Shown: piece by piece, positions 7,728-15,070 of the stretch
Layout of the letters: every line of letters begins with the position of its first letter
How positions within the stretch are numbered: position 1 is the stretch's first letter
Source of the DNA: a virus
Direction: 5' to 3' (one strand)
DNA length: 42,960 nt
IMG/VR virus record: IMGVR_UViG_3300029578_000023
Location: 1 to 42,960 of that record
The notes under the pieces: generated by a model
The model's database searches: none
Told to the model about the DNA's origin: nothing
The model's input: only the letters and a program-made list of their open reading frames with translations
Translations under genes and position numbers: made by a program

Positions 7728-7893
7728 CTTCGGTCTCCTCCAATTCTTCAAAATACATTTCCTCTGCGCCGCAGTCCGGGCAGAACTTTTCCGTCACAAG
7801 GGCATAGCCGCGCTCACCGTCAAGGTTCTCGCGCCTGTGCAAGACGTCGGGCTCGTCAAAGGTCAGCCCGCACCATTCGCAGCGGTACTTCAC
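7720..7893 (-). CDS. Small zinc-ribbon protein
   Basis: 57 aa, (GTG)KYRCEWCG ... CPDCG. Its stop overlaps the next ATG. Not in the ORF track because it is under 60 aa. Confidence 0.4.
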   Translation of the reverse strand: MKYRCEWCGLTFDEPDVLHRRENLDGERGYALVTEKFCPDCGAEEMYFEELEETEDG

Positions 7894-8006
7894 ATCATCG
7901 CCGAGACCGCGATGAGCACCGCCGCCAGCAACAGGCAGATACCGGCAAAAAGCATCGCCTCGTCTGCCTTACGCTGCTCTCTCGTGCGCTTGTCGTGCTT
8001 TCTCAT
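7890..8006 (-). CDS. Small single-TM protein
   Basis: 38 aa, MRKHDKRTREQRKADEAMLFAGICLLLAAVLIAVSAMM. GGGGG RBS. Confidence 0.35.
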   Translation of the reverse strand: MRKHDKRTREQRKADEAMLFAGICLLLAAVLIAVSAMM

Positions 8007-8158
8007 CGTCTGCACCCCCTGTCGATAAACGGCAGCAGATCACACAGCACCTTACACACCGCGCACGCACCGATAACGGCAAGCCCCGTCGTAAAGTCGC
8101 AGTCGTTGAGCGCGATCACCGCAGCGGCGATGCCGCCGAAAACCAGCGTATCAACCAC
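8003..8158 (-). CDS. Small membrane protein
   Basis: 51 aa starting from GTG after an AAGGAGG RBS: VVDTLVFGGIAAAVIAL ... GLAVIGACAV. Confidence 0.35.
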   Translation of the reverse strand: MVDTLVFGGIAAAVIALNDCDFTTGLAVIGACAVCKVLCDLLPFIDRGCRR

Positions 8159-8303
8159 GCTTTTCAACCTCCTTCTCGTTCGGCACGAGGCCGACAAACT
8201 CAAGCCCTCTGCCGCGTGCGTAGATCTCGCCCATGATCGTCCCCAGCTTTACAGGGTCAGGGGGCGTGACCCAAATGATTTTGTACTCTGGCTTTTTTCT
8301 CAT
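8151..8303 (-). CDS. Hypothetical small protein
   Basis: 50 aa, MRKKPEYKIIWVTPPDPVKLGTIMGEIYARG. AAGGAAAAGG RBS. Confidence 0.4.
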   Translation of the reverse strand: MRKKPEYKIIWVTPPDPVKLGTIMGEIYARGRGLEFVGLVPNEKEVEKRG

Positions 8304-8838
8304 TGCCTTTTCCTTTCTCTCGTGCTACAATAAGCACGGACACAATATCTTGTGGTGAGATTTGTCCCACCCGCCCCGCTCGATGCTGCAACATTGGGCG
8401 GGGCATTTTCTTTGCATTACAAATCGGTTCACAGCGAAACGTCGCAACTCCGCTGCATCACTTCGCTGAACTATTCCTCTGCATATCTATGCGTGTCTCT
8501 TCCATTGCGTTGCCTTCCAATGCTGTACAGTTCACATCATTGCTGTTCCGTTGCTTCTCCGGTCCCTGCTACTCGCTACCAATGCTGTGCTACGCTTCGC
8601 ATCGCAATGCGATCCCATTGCTAATCAAGGGAATTCCATGCCATAGCACATCAGAGCCAGTCGAGGCTACTCCTTTGCTGATTACAGCTATTCTTCGCCA
8701 TCACATCTCATCGCAAGACTTATCTCCGCATTGCCGTTGCTAGTCAACGCTGTTCCCGGCAAAACCATTCCGTTGCTTTCCGGGGCTAATCCTCGCTGTT
8801 CAAGGCCGTGCAAGGCGCGTCCATGCCACTCCGTTGCG
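8304..8838 (-). repeat. 535-bp non-coding region with at least 6 direct copies of AGCAACGGAATGG-like motif
   Basis: Minus-sense copies lie at about 8821-8838, 8761-8778, 8725-8742, 8606-8623, 8538-8556 and 8498-8515. No credible ORF is present. Confidence 0.7.
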
Positions 8839-9432
8839 TTACTCGATTTCCTCCCAGCGGAATCGGCCTTTTCCACTGTTGCGCCACTGGCCAATGCCGG
8901 AGAATCTTCCGTAATCCAGCCAGTCGCGCACAACGTCGATGTGGTCGTCGCACAGGCAGACCACCGTAAACTCGCACGTTGCCCCGGCGGGGATTTCCTC
9001 GCTCATTGCAAGGCTGATGCGCTCGCCCTGCGCCGTTTGCGCTCTCAGCGGGCGCTGGCACTCCTTGATCTCGCCGTCAAAAAGAATTGGAATGGTGCGC
9101 GGCTCGGGGAAAATCAGCTTGTCGATTTCCTTTTTGTAAGCCTTGATTTTGCTGCTGGACGAACCCTTGACCTTGCGGAGGCCGCCGCAGGTGTCCTTGA
9201 AAAAGCCCTTGATCTGATAGTCGTACAAAAACGGCGTGCCGTCATCCAGTCGCGGGAAAATGGTCATGGACTTCTCGGCAACCGCATCCGCTCCCAGTGC
9301 GGCGACCTCGTCCTCCACGCTCGCCGCATCCGGCGCGTGACTGCCGATAAACTCGCGGTAGATATCAGGGTTTGCGGGGCTGGTACCGAGAATAGGCTCG
9401 ATAAACGTTAATTTAACTTTGAGTTCTTTCAT
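8839..9432 (-). CDS. Conserved phage protein of unknown function
   Basis: 197 aa, MKELKVKLTFIEPILGTSPANPDIY ... DYQIKGFFKD ... GIGQWRNSGKGRF. The family is familiar from other phages; its function is unknown. Confidence 0.6.
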   Translation of the reverse strand: MKELKVKLTFIEPILGTSPANPDIYREFIGSHAPDAASVEDEVAALGADAVAEKSMTIFPRLDDGTPFLYDYQIKGFFKDTCGGLRKVKGSSSSKIKAYKKEIDKLIFPEPRTIPILFDGEIKECQRPLRAQTAQGERISLAMSEEIPAGATCEFTVVCLCDDHIDVVRDWLDYGRFSGIGQWRNSGKGRFRWEEIE

Positions 9433-9477
9433 CTTTCATTTCCTCCTGTTGTTTGTTAGTTCTCTTCGCTTGCTCTT

Positions 9478-9843
9478 TCATTCGATCGGTTCCAATTCGA
9501 AAATGCTTTCAGGATAAAAGCTCCAACTACCAAATCGGGATTTGCTGCACTGTGCGTCATAAAGCCACTCATTCAGCTCGATTTTCTTGGAAGTCAGCGC
9601 CGCATCTTCCACGGCGTTTTCCGCTTCGTGCATTTCGATGTATGCCTTCTGGCGGTTAAAGTTATTGATGGACTGCGGCGTTTCGAGCACGCCCACAAGG
9701 ATAACCACTACCGCCGTGACTATGGCAATGATAGAGATTGCTTCTACTGCCAACAGGCACAAAAAGAAATCTATCTTTCCCTCAAGCCAATGTGAAACGC
9801 AGATGCCGATGATTCCGACAACGATTACGATAACCCAGTTCAT
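9478..9843 (-). CDS. Membrane protein (2-3 N-terminal TM helices), AT-richer than surroundings
   Basis: 121 aa, MNWVIVIVVGIIGICV ... IIAIVTAVVVILVGV. ATGA-type overlap with the cro-like gene. Confidence 0.6.
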   Translation of the reverse strand: MNWVIVIVVGIIGICVSHWLEGKIDFFLCLLAVEAISIIAIVTAVVVILVGVLETPQSINNFNRQKAYIEMHEAENAVEDAALTSKKIELNEWLYDAQCSKSRFGSWSFYPESIFELEPIE

Positions 9844-10064
9844 GCGCCCTCCTTGCCCGCCCTTGCGGTCTGCGCGGCTTCCGATGCCGATCTGATTTCC
9901 GTTTCGGTCACGCCGTACATTCTGGTCAACGGTCTAATGTACTTGCTTGCGATACCATTCACACCGCGTTCCCAATTCGACACCGCGGAAACTCTTACAC
10001 GGAGTTTCTTTGCTACGTCTTCCTGACGCAAACCGGCATTTTCTCGAATTCCCTTTAATTCCAA
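9840..10064 (-). CDS. Cro/XRE-type HTH regulator (first gene of the leftward early operon)
   Basis: 74 aa, LRQEDVAKKLRVRVSAVSNWERG. TTG start 7 nt after AAGGAGGGG. Confidence 0.7.
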   Translation of the reverse strand: MELKGIRENAGLRQEDVAKKLRVRVSAVSNWERGVNGIASKYIRPLTRMYGVTETEIRSASEAAQTARAGKEGA

Positions 10065-10080
10065 GCGTTCTCCCCTCCTT

Positions 10081-10099
10081 ATAAAGTTCAGAACTTTAT
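10081..10099. promoter_or_regulatory. Palindromic operator ATAAAGTTC-A-GAACTTTAT
   Basis: Perfect 9-bp arms. Abuts the -35 element of the rightward promoter and the cro-like RBS. Confidence 0.6.
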
Positions 10100-10100
10100 A

Positions 10101-10129
10101 TTGACAAACGCAACCAACACCGCTATTAT
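10101..10129 (+). promoter_or_regulatory. Sigma-70-type promoter (TTGACA - 17 nt - TATTAT)
   Basis: Consensus -35 at 10101-10106, a 17-nt spacer, and -10 at 10124-10129. Points toward the nuclease/HTH operon. Confidence 0.7.
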
Positions 10130-10235
10130 GTAAGTGTCAGCCAACAAAATATCGGTTATAAGTCCGCAAAAACGGAAAATCCGTTGGGGGCTTGGTTTTT
10201 TGTTGCCTTAATTAAGTTCTGTAAGGCTATTATAG

Positions 10236-10250
10236 CCGATGTTTCATCGG
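10236..10250. promoter_or_regulatory. Palindrome CCGATGTTTCATCGG (operator or hairpin)
   Basis: Perfect 6-bp arms. An inverted near-copy lies 30 bp downstream. Confidence 0.5.
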
Positions 10251-10265
10251 CTGTCAATCGGTTAT

Positions 10266-10280
10266 CCGGTGAAACATCGG
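10266..10280. promoter_or_regulatory. Palindrome CCGGTGAAACATCGG, followed by ATTTT
   Basis: tgaaacatcgg is the exact reverse complement of ccgatgtttca at 10236-10246. Confidence 0.5.
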
Positions 10281-10329
10281 ATTTTACGCTTTGCACAATT
10301 TTTCCTTTCTCCTTTGTGAGGGTTTGTCA

Positions 10330-11142
10330 ATGGCACTATTTGATAAGCAAATAAAAAAATACGTCGAAGAAAACTTTTCTGAAAAAGAAAAAGCCCTCGC
10401 AGAAACCGAGCGCTCTGTCCAGCGGCATTTTGCTAAAAGCCGCGAATATAGAATTATGCTGCAAGATTATCAGAAGGAATTGCGTGAGCGTGATAGAGCC
10501 CTTTCTGAAAAAGAAGCCAAACTATCTAAACGCAAAGAGGATTTGGACGAATTCGAATCCACATTAAAGGCGCGAGTAAAAGAAGATGTTGTGCGAGAGG
10601 CCAAAGAAGAAAAAGCTACGTTAAAAGCGGATTCTATAAAGCTGCAAGAGGAAATAAAATCCTTATCGGCGAAAAAAGCCGGCCTTATGGCTGCGGAATA
10701 CAAAATTATAGACTGGGTCTCTCGGATGGAGAAAAAAGAAAGCGAAGTATTCGACGAAATACTTGCCGACGCAAACAAATTCCAAAAGTTCAAACTGTCT
10801 ATTGATGGGTATGAGTTTGAAAGCTACGTTGCCGATCTGCTTATAAAAAACGGCTATGAGAAGGTCGAGGTAACAAAAAAGTCGCAGGATTTCGGAGCAG
10901 ATATTCTTGCCGAGAAAACAGATGTGCGATATGCGTTTCAATGCAAATACTACTCAGGACAAGTTGGAATTGAAGCGGTGCAGCAAATTTACGCAGCAAA
11001 AGAGCATTACGATTCTCATGTTGCAGTTGTCGTTACAAACAGCGTGTATACAAAAGCCGCTAAGATTTTGGCAGAAGAATTAAACGTAGTCCTGTGGGAC
11101 TGCGAAGACCTCACGGTTTTGTCACAAAACAAGGATATGTAA
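10330..11142 (+). CDS. Coiled-coil protein with C-terminal Mrr-type (PD-(D/E)xK) restriction endonuclease domain
   Basis: 270 aa. About 150 aa of K/E-rich heptads, then GYEFESYVADLL ... SQDFGADIL ... FQCKYY ... VVVTNSVYTKAA. AT-rich relative to the genome. Confidence 0.7.
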   Translation: MALFDKQIKKYVEENFSEKEKALAETERSVQRHFAKSREYRIMLQDYQKELRERDRALSEKEAKLSKRKEDLDEFESTLKARVKEDVVREAKEEKATLKADSIKLQEEIKSLSAKKAGLMAAEYKIIDWVSRMEKKESEVFDEILADANKFQKFKLSIDGYEFESYVADLLIKNGYEKVEVTKKSQDFGADILAEKTDVRYAFQCKYYSGQVGIEAVQQIYAAKEHYDSHVAVVVTNSVYTKAAKILAEELNVVLWDCEDLTVLSQNKDM

Positions 11143-11144
11143 TT

Positions 11145-11597
11145 ATGCCTAAGAAATTAGATAGTGTAAGCCTTAACACAAGCTGCGTAAATTTAATTGT
11201 AAATTACTGTGAAAAAGCGGATATAAGCGAAGCGGCGTTTTCGAGAAAATTCAAGAAAAATAACGGTTGGGTAACTGACTTACGCAGAAGCAAAAATTTG
11301 AATTTGCCGTCAAAAGAACTTGCTGTGCAAATGTGCTTGACGCTCAACGTCTCCCCCGATGACATCCTCTTGCACGAGGGGAAGACCCCGGAAGAAACCG
11401 CCAAGTGCTTAGAGGATATCGAGACGGTGCGGAAACTGGTCGAGGCCGAGCGGATAAAAGAAAGCGCCCCCGATTCGAAGACCGAGGGCGAGGACGCGCA
11501 GCTTGCGCAGCTTATTGCCGGGTTTAATCGGTTGTCTCCGCAGCAGAAGAGCGCGGTGCTTGCTGTGATAGAAGGTTATCAACCATCGCAAGAATAA
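11145..11597 (+). CDS. XRE-like HTH protein (candidate prophage repressor)
   Basis: 150 aa, ADISEAAFSRKF ... LPSKELAVQMCLTLNVSPDDILL. ATG lies 2 nt after the nuclease stop. Confidence 0.55.
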   Translation: MPKKLDSVSLNTSCVNLIVNYCEKADISEAAFSRKFKKNNGWVTDLRRSKNLNLPSKELAVQMCLTLNVSPDDILLHEGKTPEETAKCLEDIETVRKLVEAERIKESAPDSKTEGEDAQLAQLIAGFNRLSPQQKSAVLAVIEGYQPSQE

Positions 11598-11661
11598 CAT
11601 TTTTTTGCTCTGGCGTCAGGTTGACAAAAAGTTCTGCTGCTTTTCTCGTTTGCTCGTCCAT
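11524..11661 (-). CDS. Possible 45-aa antisense ORF
   Basis: GGAGGG RBS then ATG 11661: MDEQTRKAAELFVNLTPEQKNVILAMVDNLL. Overlaps the end of the convergent gene by 74 nt. Confidence 0.2.
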   Translation of the reverse strand: MDEQTRKAAELFVNLTPEQKNVILAMVDNLLSQQAPRSSAAETTD

Positions 11662-11744
11662 AATTATGTCCCTCCAAATATTTTTGCAACGGGGCTATAT
11701 GTCGATTGTTGCACATAGCGGTGCAAGCATCAATATCTCGAAGT

Positions 11745-11787
11745 AAAGGCACTGCCGCCCTCTGCAACAAACGGCAGTGCCTTTTTG
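11745..11787 (+). terminator. Intrinsic terminator
   Basis: 13-bp stem aaaggcactgccg / cggcagtgccttt followed by a T run. Confidence 0.7.
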
Positions 11788-11950
11788 CAGCCAGCGGGAA
11801 GCGGTCGCCGCTGCTTGTTTTGACCATACTCCGCTTTACCTTACCACTTCAATACCAAGACTTTGCAACATGGCGGAATTCGACCGCGTTCGACAGGCCC
11901 ACTTTTGGCAAACTTATTGCTCGAAAACTGAAGAAATTAAGGTGATGTAA

Positions 11951-12343
11951 ATGAACATTCAAGAAGTGTGCAGAATCCGCAAAGAAGAACTGAAACTAAC
12001 GTATCAGGACATTTCTGACGCTTCCGGCGTTCCGCTGTCCACCGTCCAGAACTATTTTTCTAAATTGTCGAAAGCTCCATCTTTTTATACCGTCGTTGCA
12101 ATCTGTAAATCTCTTGGCATTTCGATCGATAAGACGTGCGAAATCATAGAACACTTGACGCCGACCGAGGAAACTTTGCAAGCACGGAATGATGAGTTGG
12201 AACGTCACGTTGACGCAAAGGCCGATACCATAGAGATCATGCGGCGCGGTGTACGCATCCGCAACGGCGTGATTGCTATAATGTTTGTCATTATCGTTCT
12301 GCTGGCTGCATGGTGCTTGTACATTGATTGGAGGGGGATTTGA
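11951..12343 (+). CDS. Membrane-anchored XRE HTH protein
   Basis: 130 aa. N-terminal HTH (LTYQDISDASGVPLSTVQNYFS), a coiled segment, and a C-terminal TM helix VIAIMFVIIVLLAAWCLYI. Confidence 0.65.
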   Translation: MNIQEVCRIRKEELKLTYQDISDASGVPLSTVQNYFSKLSKAPSFYTVVAICKSLGISIDKTCEIIEHLTPTEETLQARNDELERHVDAKADTIEIMRRGVRIRNGVIAIMFVIIVLLAAWCLYIDWRGI

Positions 12344-13671
12344 TGATAGCGGCATTGATGAGAGTGGCTTTGATAAGAGTGGCTTTGTATATCCGCGTCT
12401 CGAGCGAGGAACAGGCGCGGCATGGCCTGTCCCTGCAAGAGCAGCGGGACGCGCTGATGAGATATGCCAAAGCAAATAAAATGACCGTGGTGGGCATATA
12501 TGAGGACGCGGGCATATCCGCGCGGAAGCCGTATAAAAAGCGTCCTGAGCTCCTGCGGCTGCTGGATGATTGCGAGGCGGGGAAGATAGACATGATCCTG
12601 TTTATCAAACTCGACCGATGGTTTCGTAACGTCGCCGGGTACTACGACGTGCAGACGCAGCTTGACAAATACGGTGTGACATGGCAAGCGACGGAAGAAG
12701 ACTATGAGACGCGCACTGCGTCCGGACGCTTGAAAGTCAATATCATGCTTTCCGTCGCGCAGGACGAGGCTGACCGCACGAGCGAGCGGATCAAATTCAT
12801 CAACGACGGCAAGCGTGCAAAGGGGCAACCGGCAGGGTCTAAAGCTCCTTTAGGGTATGTCATCAAGGACAGGCAATACCAGATTGATAACGATACAGCA
12901 GATGCTGCGCGAGATATGTTCGCGGCGTATATTAGACTGCAAAGCGTGCTGGGCGTAAAGCGCTATATGCTCGAGACATGGGGCATTGACCGGGCATATA
13001 ACAAGTATGTCAACTACTTCCACAACCGGCTTTATATCGGTGAGGTGTACGGCATCGAGAACGCTTGCCCCGCCTTGATAAGCAAGCAGGATTTTGACAT
13101 TGTAAATGACATTCTGCGCCAGCGGTCGCAGCGCTGCGCGGGAGTTGAGACAGATCGCGTTTATCTGTTCTCCGGCTTGTTGCATTGCAAAGAGTGCGGG
13201 AAAACGATGCAGTCGGAAACCATAAAGCAGACATATATTTACTACCGTTGCCGGACGCGAATGCTTGACAACTCCGCGTGTCAGCACAAAAAGAGGATTC
13301 GAGAAGACGCGCTGGAAGATTACTTATTGCATGAGCTTGAGGGGATTGCCGAGCGAAACAATCGCTATTACAAAAAGGCAGAAAAAAAGCCCACGCAAAG
13401 CGCGGACGCGATACGAAAGAAAATGGATAAGCTGAAAACGCTTTATCTTAACGACTTGATCGAGTTGGACGAATACAAGAAAGAGTATACTGCTTTGAAG
13501 AAATCCCTTGAAGCGGTAGAGGAAAAGCCGAAAACAAACCTTGATGCGCTTCGAAATGGACTTGCTGAATATGGCACTTACTCACGGGAAGAGAAAAAGG
13601 AATTCTGGACGCGCTTTATCCGGAGAATTGACACAGATGACGACGGCGCGTTTTTTGTAACGCCGCGTTAG
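12343..13671 (+). CDS. int: Large serine recombinase (integrase)
   Basis: VALYIRVSSEEQ catalytic Ser motif, resolvase plus recombinase domains, and a Zn ribbon LLHCKECG ... YYRCRTR. The start could be 12343 or 12358. Confidence 0.9.
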   Translation: MIAALMRVALIRVALYIRVSSEEQARHGLSLQEQRDALMRYAKANKMTVVGIYEDAGISARKPYKKRPELLRLLDDCEAGKIDMILFIKLDRWFRNVAGYYDVQTQLDKYGVTWQATEEDYETRTASGRLKVNIMLSVAQDEADRTSERIKFINDGKRAKGQPAGSKAPLGYVIKDRQYQIDNDTADAARDMFAAYIRLQSVLGVKRYMLETWGIDRAYNKYVNYFHNRLYIGEVYGIENACPALISKQDFDIVNDILRQRSQRCAGVETDRVYLFSGLLHCKECGKTMQSETIKQTYIYYRCRTRMLDNSACQHKKRIREDALEDYLLHELEGIAERNNRYYKKAEKKPTQSADAIRKKMDKLKTLYLNDLIELDEYKKEYTALKKSLEAVEEKPKTNLDALRNGLAEYGTYSREEKKEFWTRFIRRIDTDDDGAFFVTPR

Positions 13672-13719
13672 GCATATTTGACCTTCGTGTTCCAAAAGGT
13701 AAATTATGCCCAAAAGAAT

Positions 13720-13739
13720 CCCCCGCCTTACGACGGGGG
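13720..13739. terminator. Bidirectional hairpin between convergent integrase and accessory operon
   Basis: cccccg ccttacga cggggg, with T-rich flanks on both strands. Confidence 0.55.
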
Positions 13740-13744
13740 TGTTC

Positions 13745-14053
13745 TCATTTTTCGAGTTTCCGCATGACGCTATTATAGACGCGCTCGTTTACAATTTTCA
13801 AACTGTCCATCAGCTCATCAATGATCTCCCACGCCTTGTCCGGTGGCACATCAGCCACCGCCCGCAGGAAGTCGCTATCGCCATACACTTTGGCAGGGGC
13901 GGCAGAGTACATCATCGGTTCTGGCACGTTCGGTTCAGGTGTGTGTTGATCTCTAAGCGCATACAGTACCGCCAGCTTTTCATAGTTCGACCAGCTCGAT
14001 TCTTCGGTTTCAAGCCGTGCTATCCAGCGATTGATCTCGGTCTCGTCCAACAC
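13745..14053 (-). CDS. Accessory operon gene 10, hypothetical
   Basis: 102 aa, GTG start after a GGGGGGG RBS. LDETEINRWIARLETEESSWSNYEKLAVLYALRD. Confidence 0.55.
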   Translation of the reverse strand: MLDETEINRWIARLETEESSWSNYEKLAVLYALRDQHTPEPNVPEPMMYSAAPAKVYGDSDFLRAVADVPPDKAWEIIDELMDSLKIVNERVYNSVMRKLEK

Positions 14054-14069
14054 GGGGATTCACCCCCCC

Positions 14070-14423
14070 TTAGCCCTCGATCGTGTCCATGCAGCGCTGG
14101 ATTGCTCTGCGGATGCTGTCATCGTCCGCATCGTCAAGCATCTCCTGCAACTGATGCTTCATCTTATCCATTGCCCCGTCACGGGAGTAATGTCCACGGA
14201 CGTAGTGCGTGCTGCGTCTGCTTCTGCCGCGCATGTCGTACTCGTCGCGGCGGCTGGAATAGCCGTCCTCTTCAAGCGTTTCGATCTTGTCGATATTCTT
14301 GATGGTATCGGTCAGCTTATGCACGATGTCAAGGTCGCCCGCGCCAAGCTCGCCCTTGCGGGTGATCTCGTCAAGTTCCTTGCAGAGCATATCACGCAGG
14401 TCATACATAGATTTCATACCCAT
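14070..14423 (-). CDS. Accessory operon gene 9, hypothetical (helical ends, basic RGRSRRSTHYVRGHYSRD core)
   Basis: 117 aa. AAAGGAG RBS. Confidence 0.6.
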   Translation of the reverse strand: MGMKSMYDLRDMLCKELDEITRKGELGAGDLDIVHKLTDTIKNIDKIETLEEDGYSSRRDEYDMRGRSRRSTHYVRGHYSRDGAMDKMKHQLQEMLDDADDDSIRRAIQRCMDTIEG

Positions 14424-14439
14424 TGTTCATTCTCCTTTC

Positions 14440-14862
14440 TCAGCTCACGCGGTCGATTGTCAGGTTACTATTGGCAAAGCTGACCGCCTCCGCGCTGGTG
14501 TTCTTCGCTGCCACCGTCACGCAGCAGCCGCGCGGCACTTCCACGATGGCGCTGACATAGACGTTAAAGTAGTTTTCTACCGCAGCGGGCGTGACGGTCG
14601 CCGCGGCGCTGTTGAGCGCTTCGCCGTTGACAGCGAGCGCCGTTGTGATCGCGCCTACCGTTCCGCCCGTGGGGACGGCGATGTTTGCGCCAAAGCTCAC
14701 CTTAAAGCGCGCCTTGCACTGCTGCGTCAATCCGCGCAGGGTGACAAGTCCGCTGCCCTCGCGGTGGACGATGCAGGGCTTGCCGCAAGCCGCCGTGGAG
14801 ACCATCGGCACATTCTGCCCAGCAGGAACAGTAACAATGCCAGCGGTAACGTATTCAGCCAT
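14440..14862 (-). CDS. Accessory operon gene 8, all-beta-looking protein (possible BclA-C/C1q-TNF-like jelly roll)
   Basis: 140 aa from MAEYVTAGIVTVPAGQN ... ALAVNGEALNSAAATVTP ... NSNLTIDRVS. 8-nt overlap with the upstream gene. Confidence 0.55.
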   Translation of the reverse strand: MAEYVTAGIVTVPAGQNVPMVSTAACGKPCIVHREGSGLVTLRGLTQQCKARFKVSFGANIAVPTGGTVGAITTALAVNGEALNSAAATVTPAAVENYFNVYVSAIVEVPRGCCVTVAAKNTSAEAVSFANSNLTIDRVS

Positions 14863-15070
14863 TTTTCTTCTCCTCCTTTTTCCAAGTAGTTGCCGCAAAA
14901 GGGGGAATGAAGCCGGATGCAAGTACATCTGTATAGCTTGGCTTGAAGAGAGCGTCCGCCTTATGCAGCAGATCGGCATAGTTTGTAAGTTCGACCATGC
15001 TCATTTCGGACTTATCCATAGCGGCAAGATGGTCTACAAATTCTTGTTTCAGCTCGTCAATCGTTTTCAT
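14855..15070 (-). CDS. Accessory operon gene 7, hypothetical
   Basis: 71 aa, MKTIDELKQEFVDHLAAMDKSEMS. AAAGGA RBS. Confidence 0.55.
   Translation of the reverse strand: MKTIDELKQEFVDHLAAMDKSEMSMVELTNYADLLHKADALFKPSYTDVLASGFIPPFAATTWKKEEKKNG

Noticed and set aside
8303-8933. ORFs 8303-8743 (+), 8352-8624 (+), 8731-9411 (+), 8688-8933 (-) and 8786-9061 (-).
   Set aside because: They have no RBS, odd composition and alternative start codons. They overlap the 197-aa gene or each other. Their apparent peptide periodicity comes from the DNA motif repeats.
13672-13712. attP core next to the integrase (imperfect inverted repeat tttgacctt ... aaggtaaa).
   Set aside because: The symmetry is weak and needs an indel. 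Serine-integrase attP sites cannot be called from sequence alone. The position between int and the accessory operon is plausible but unproven.
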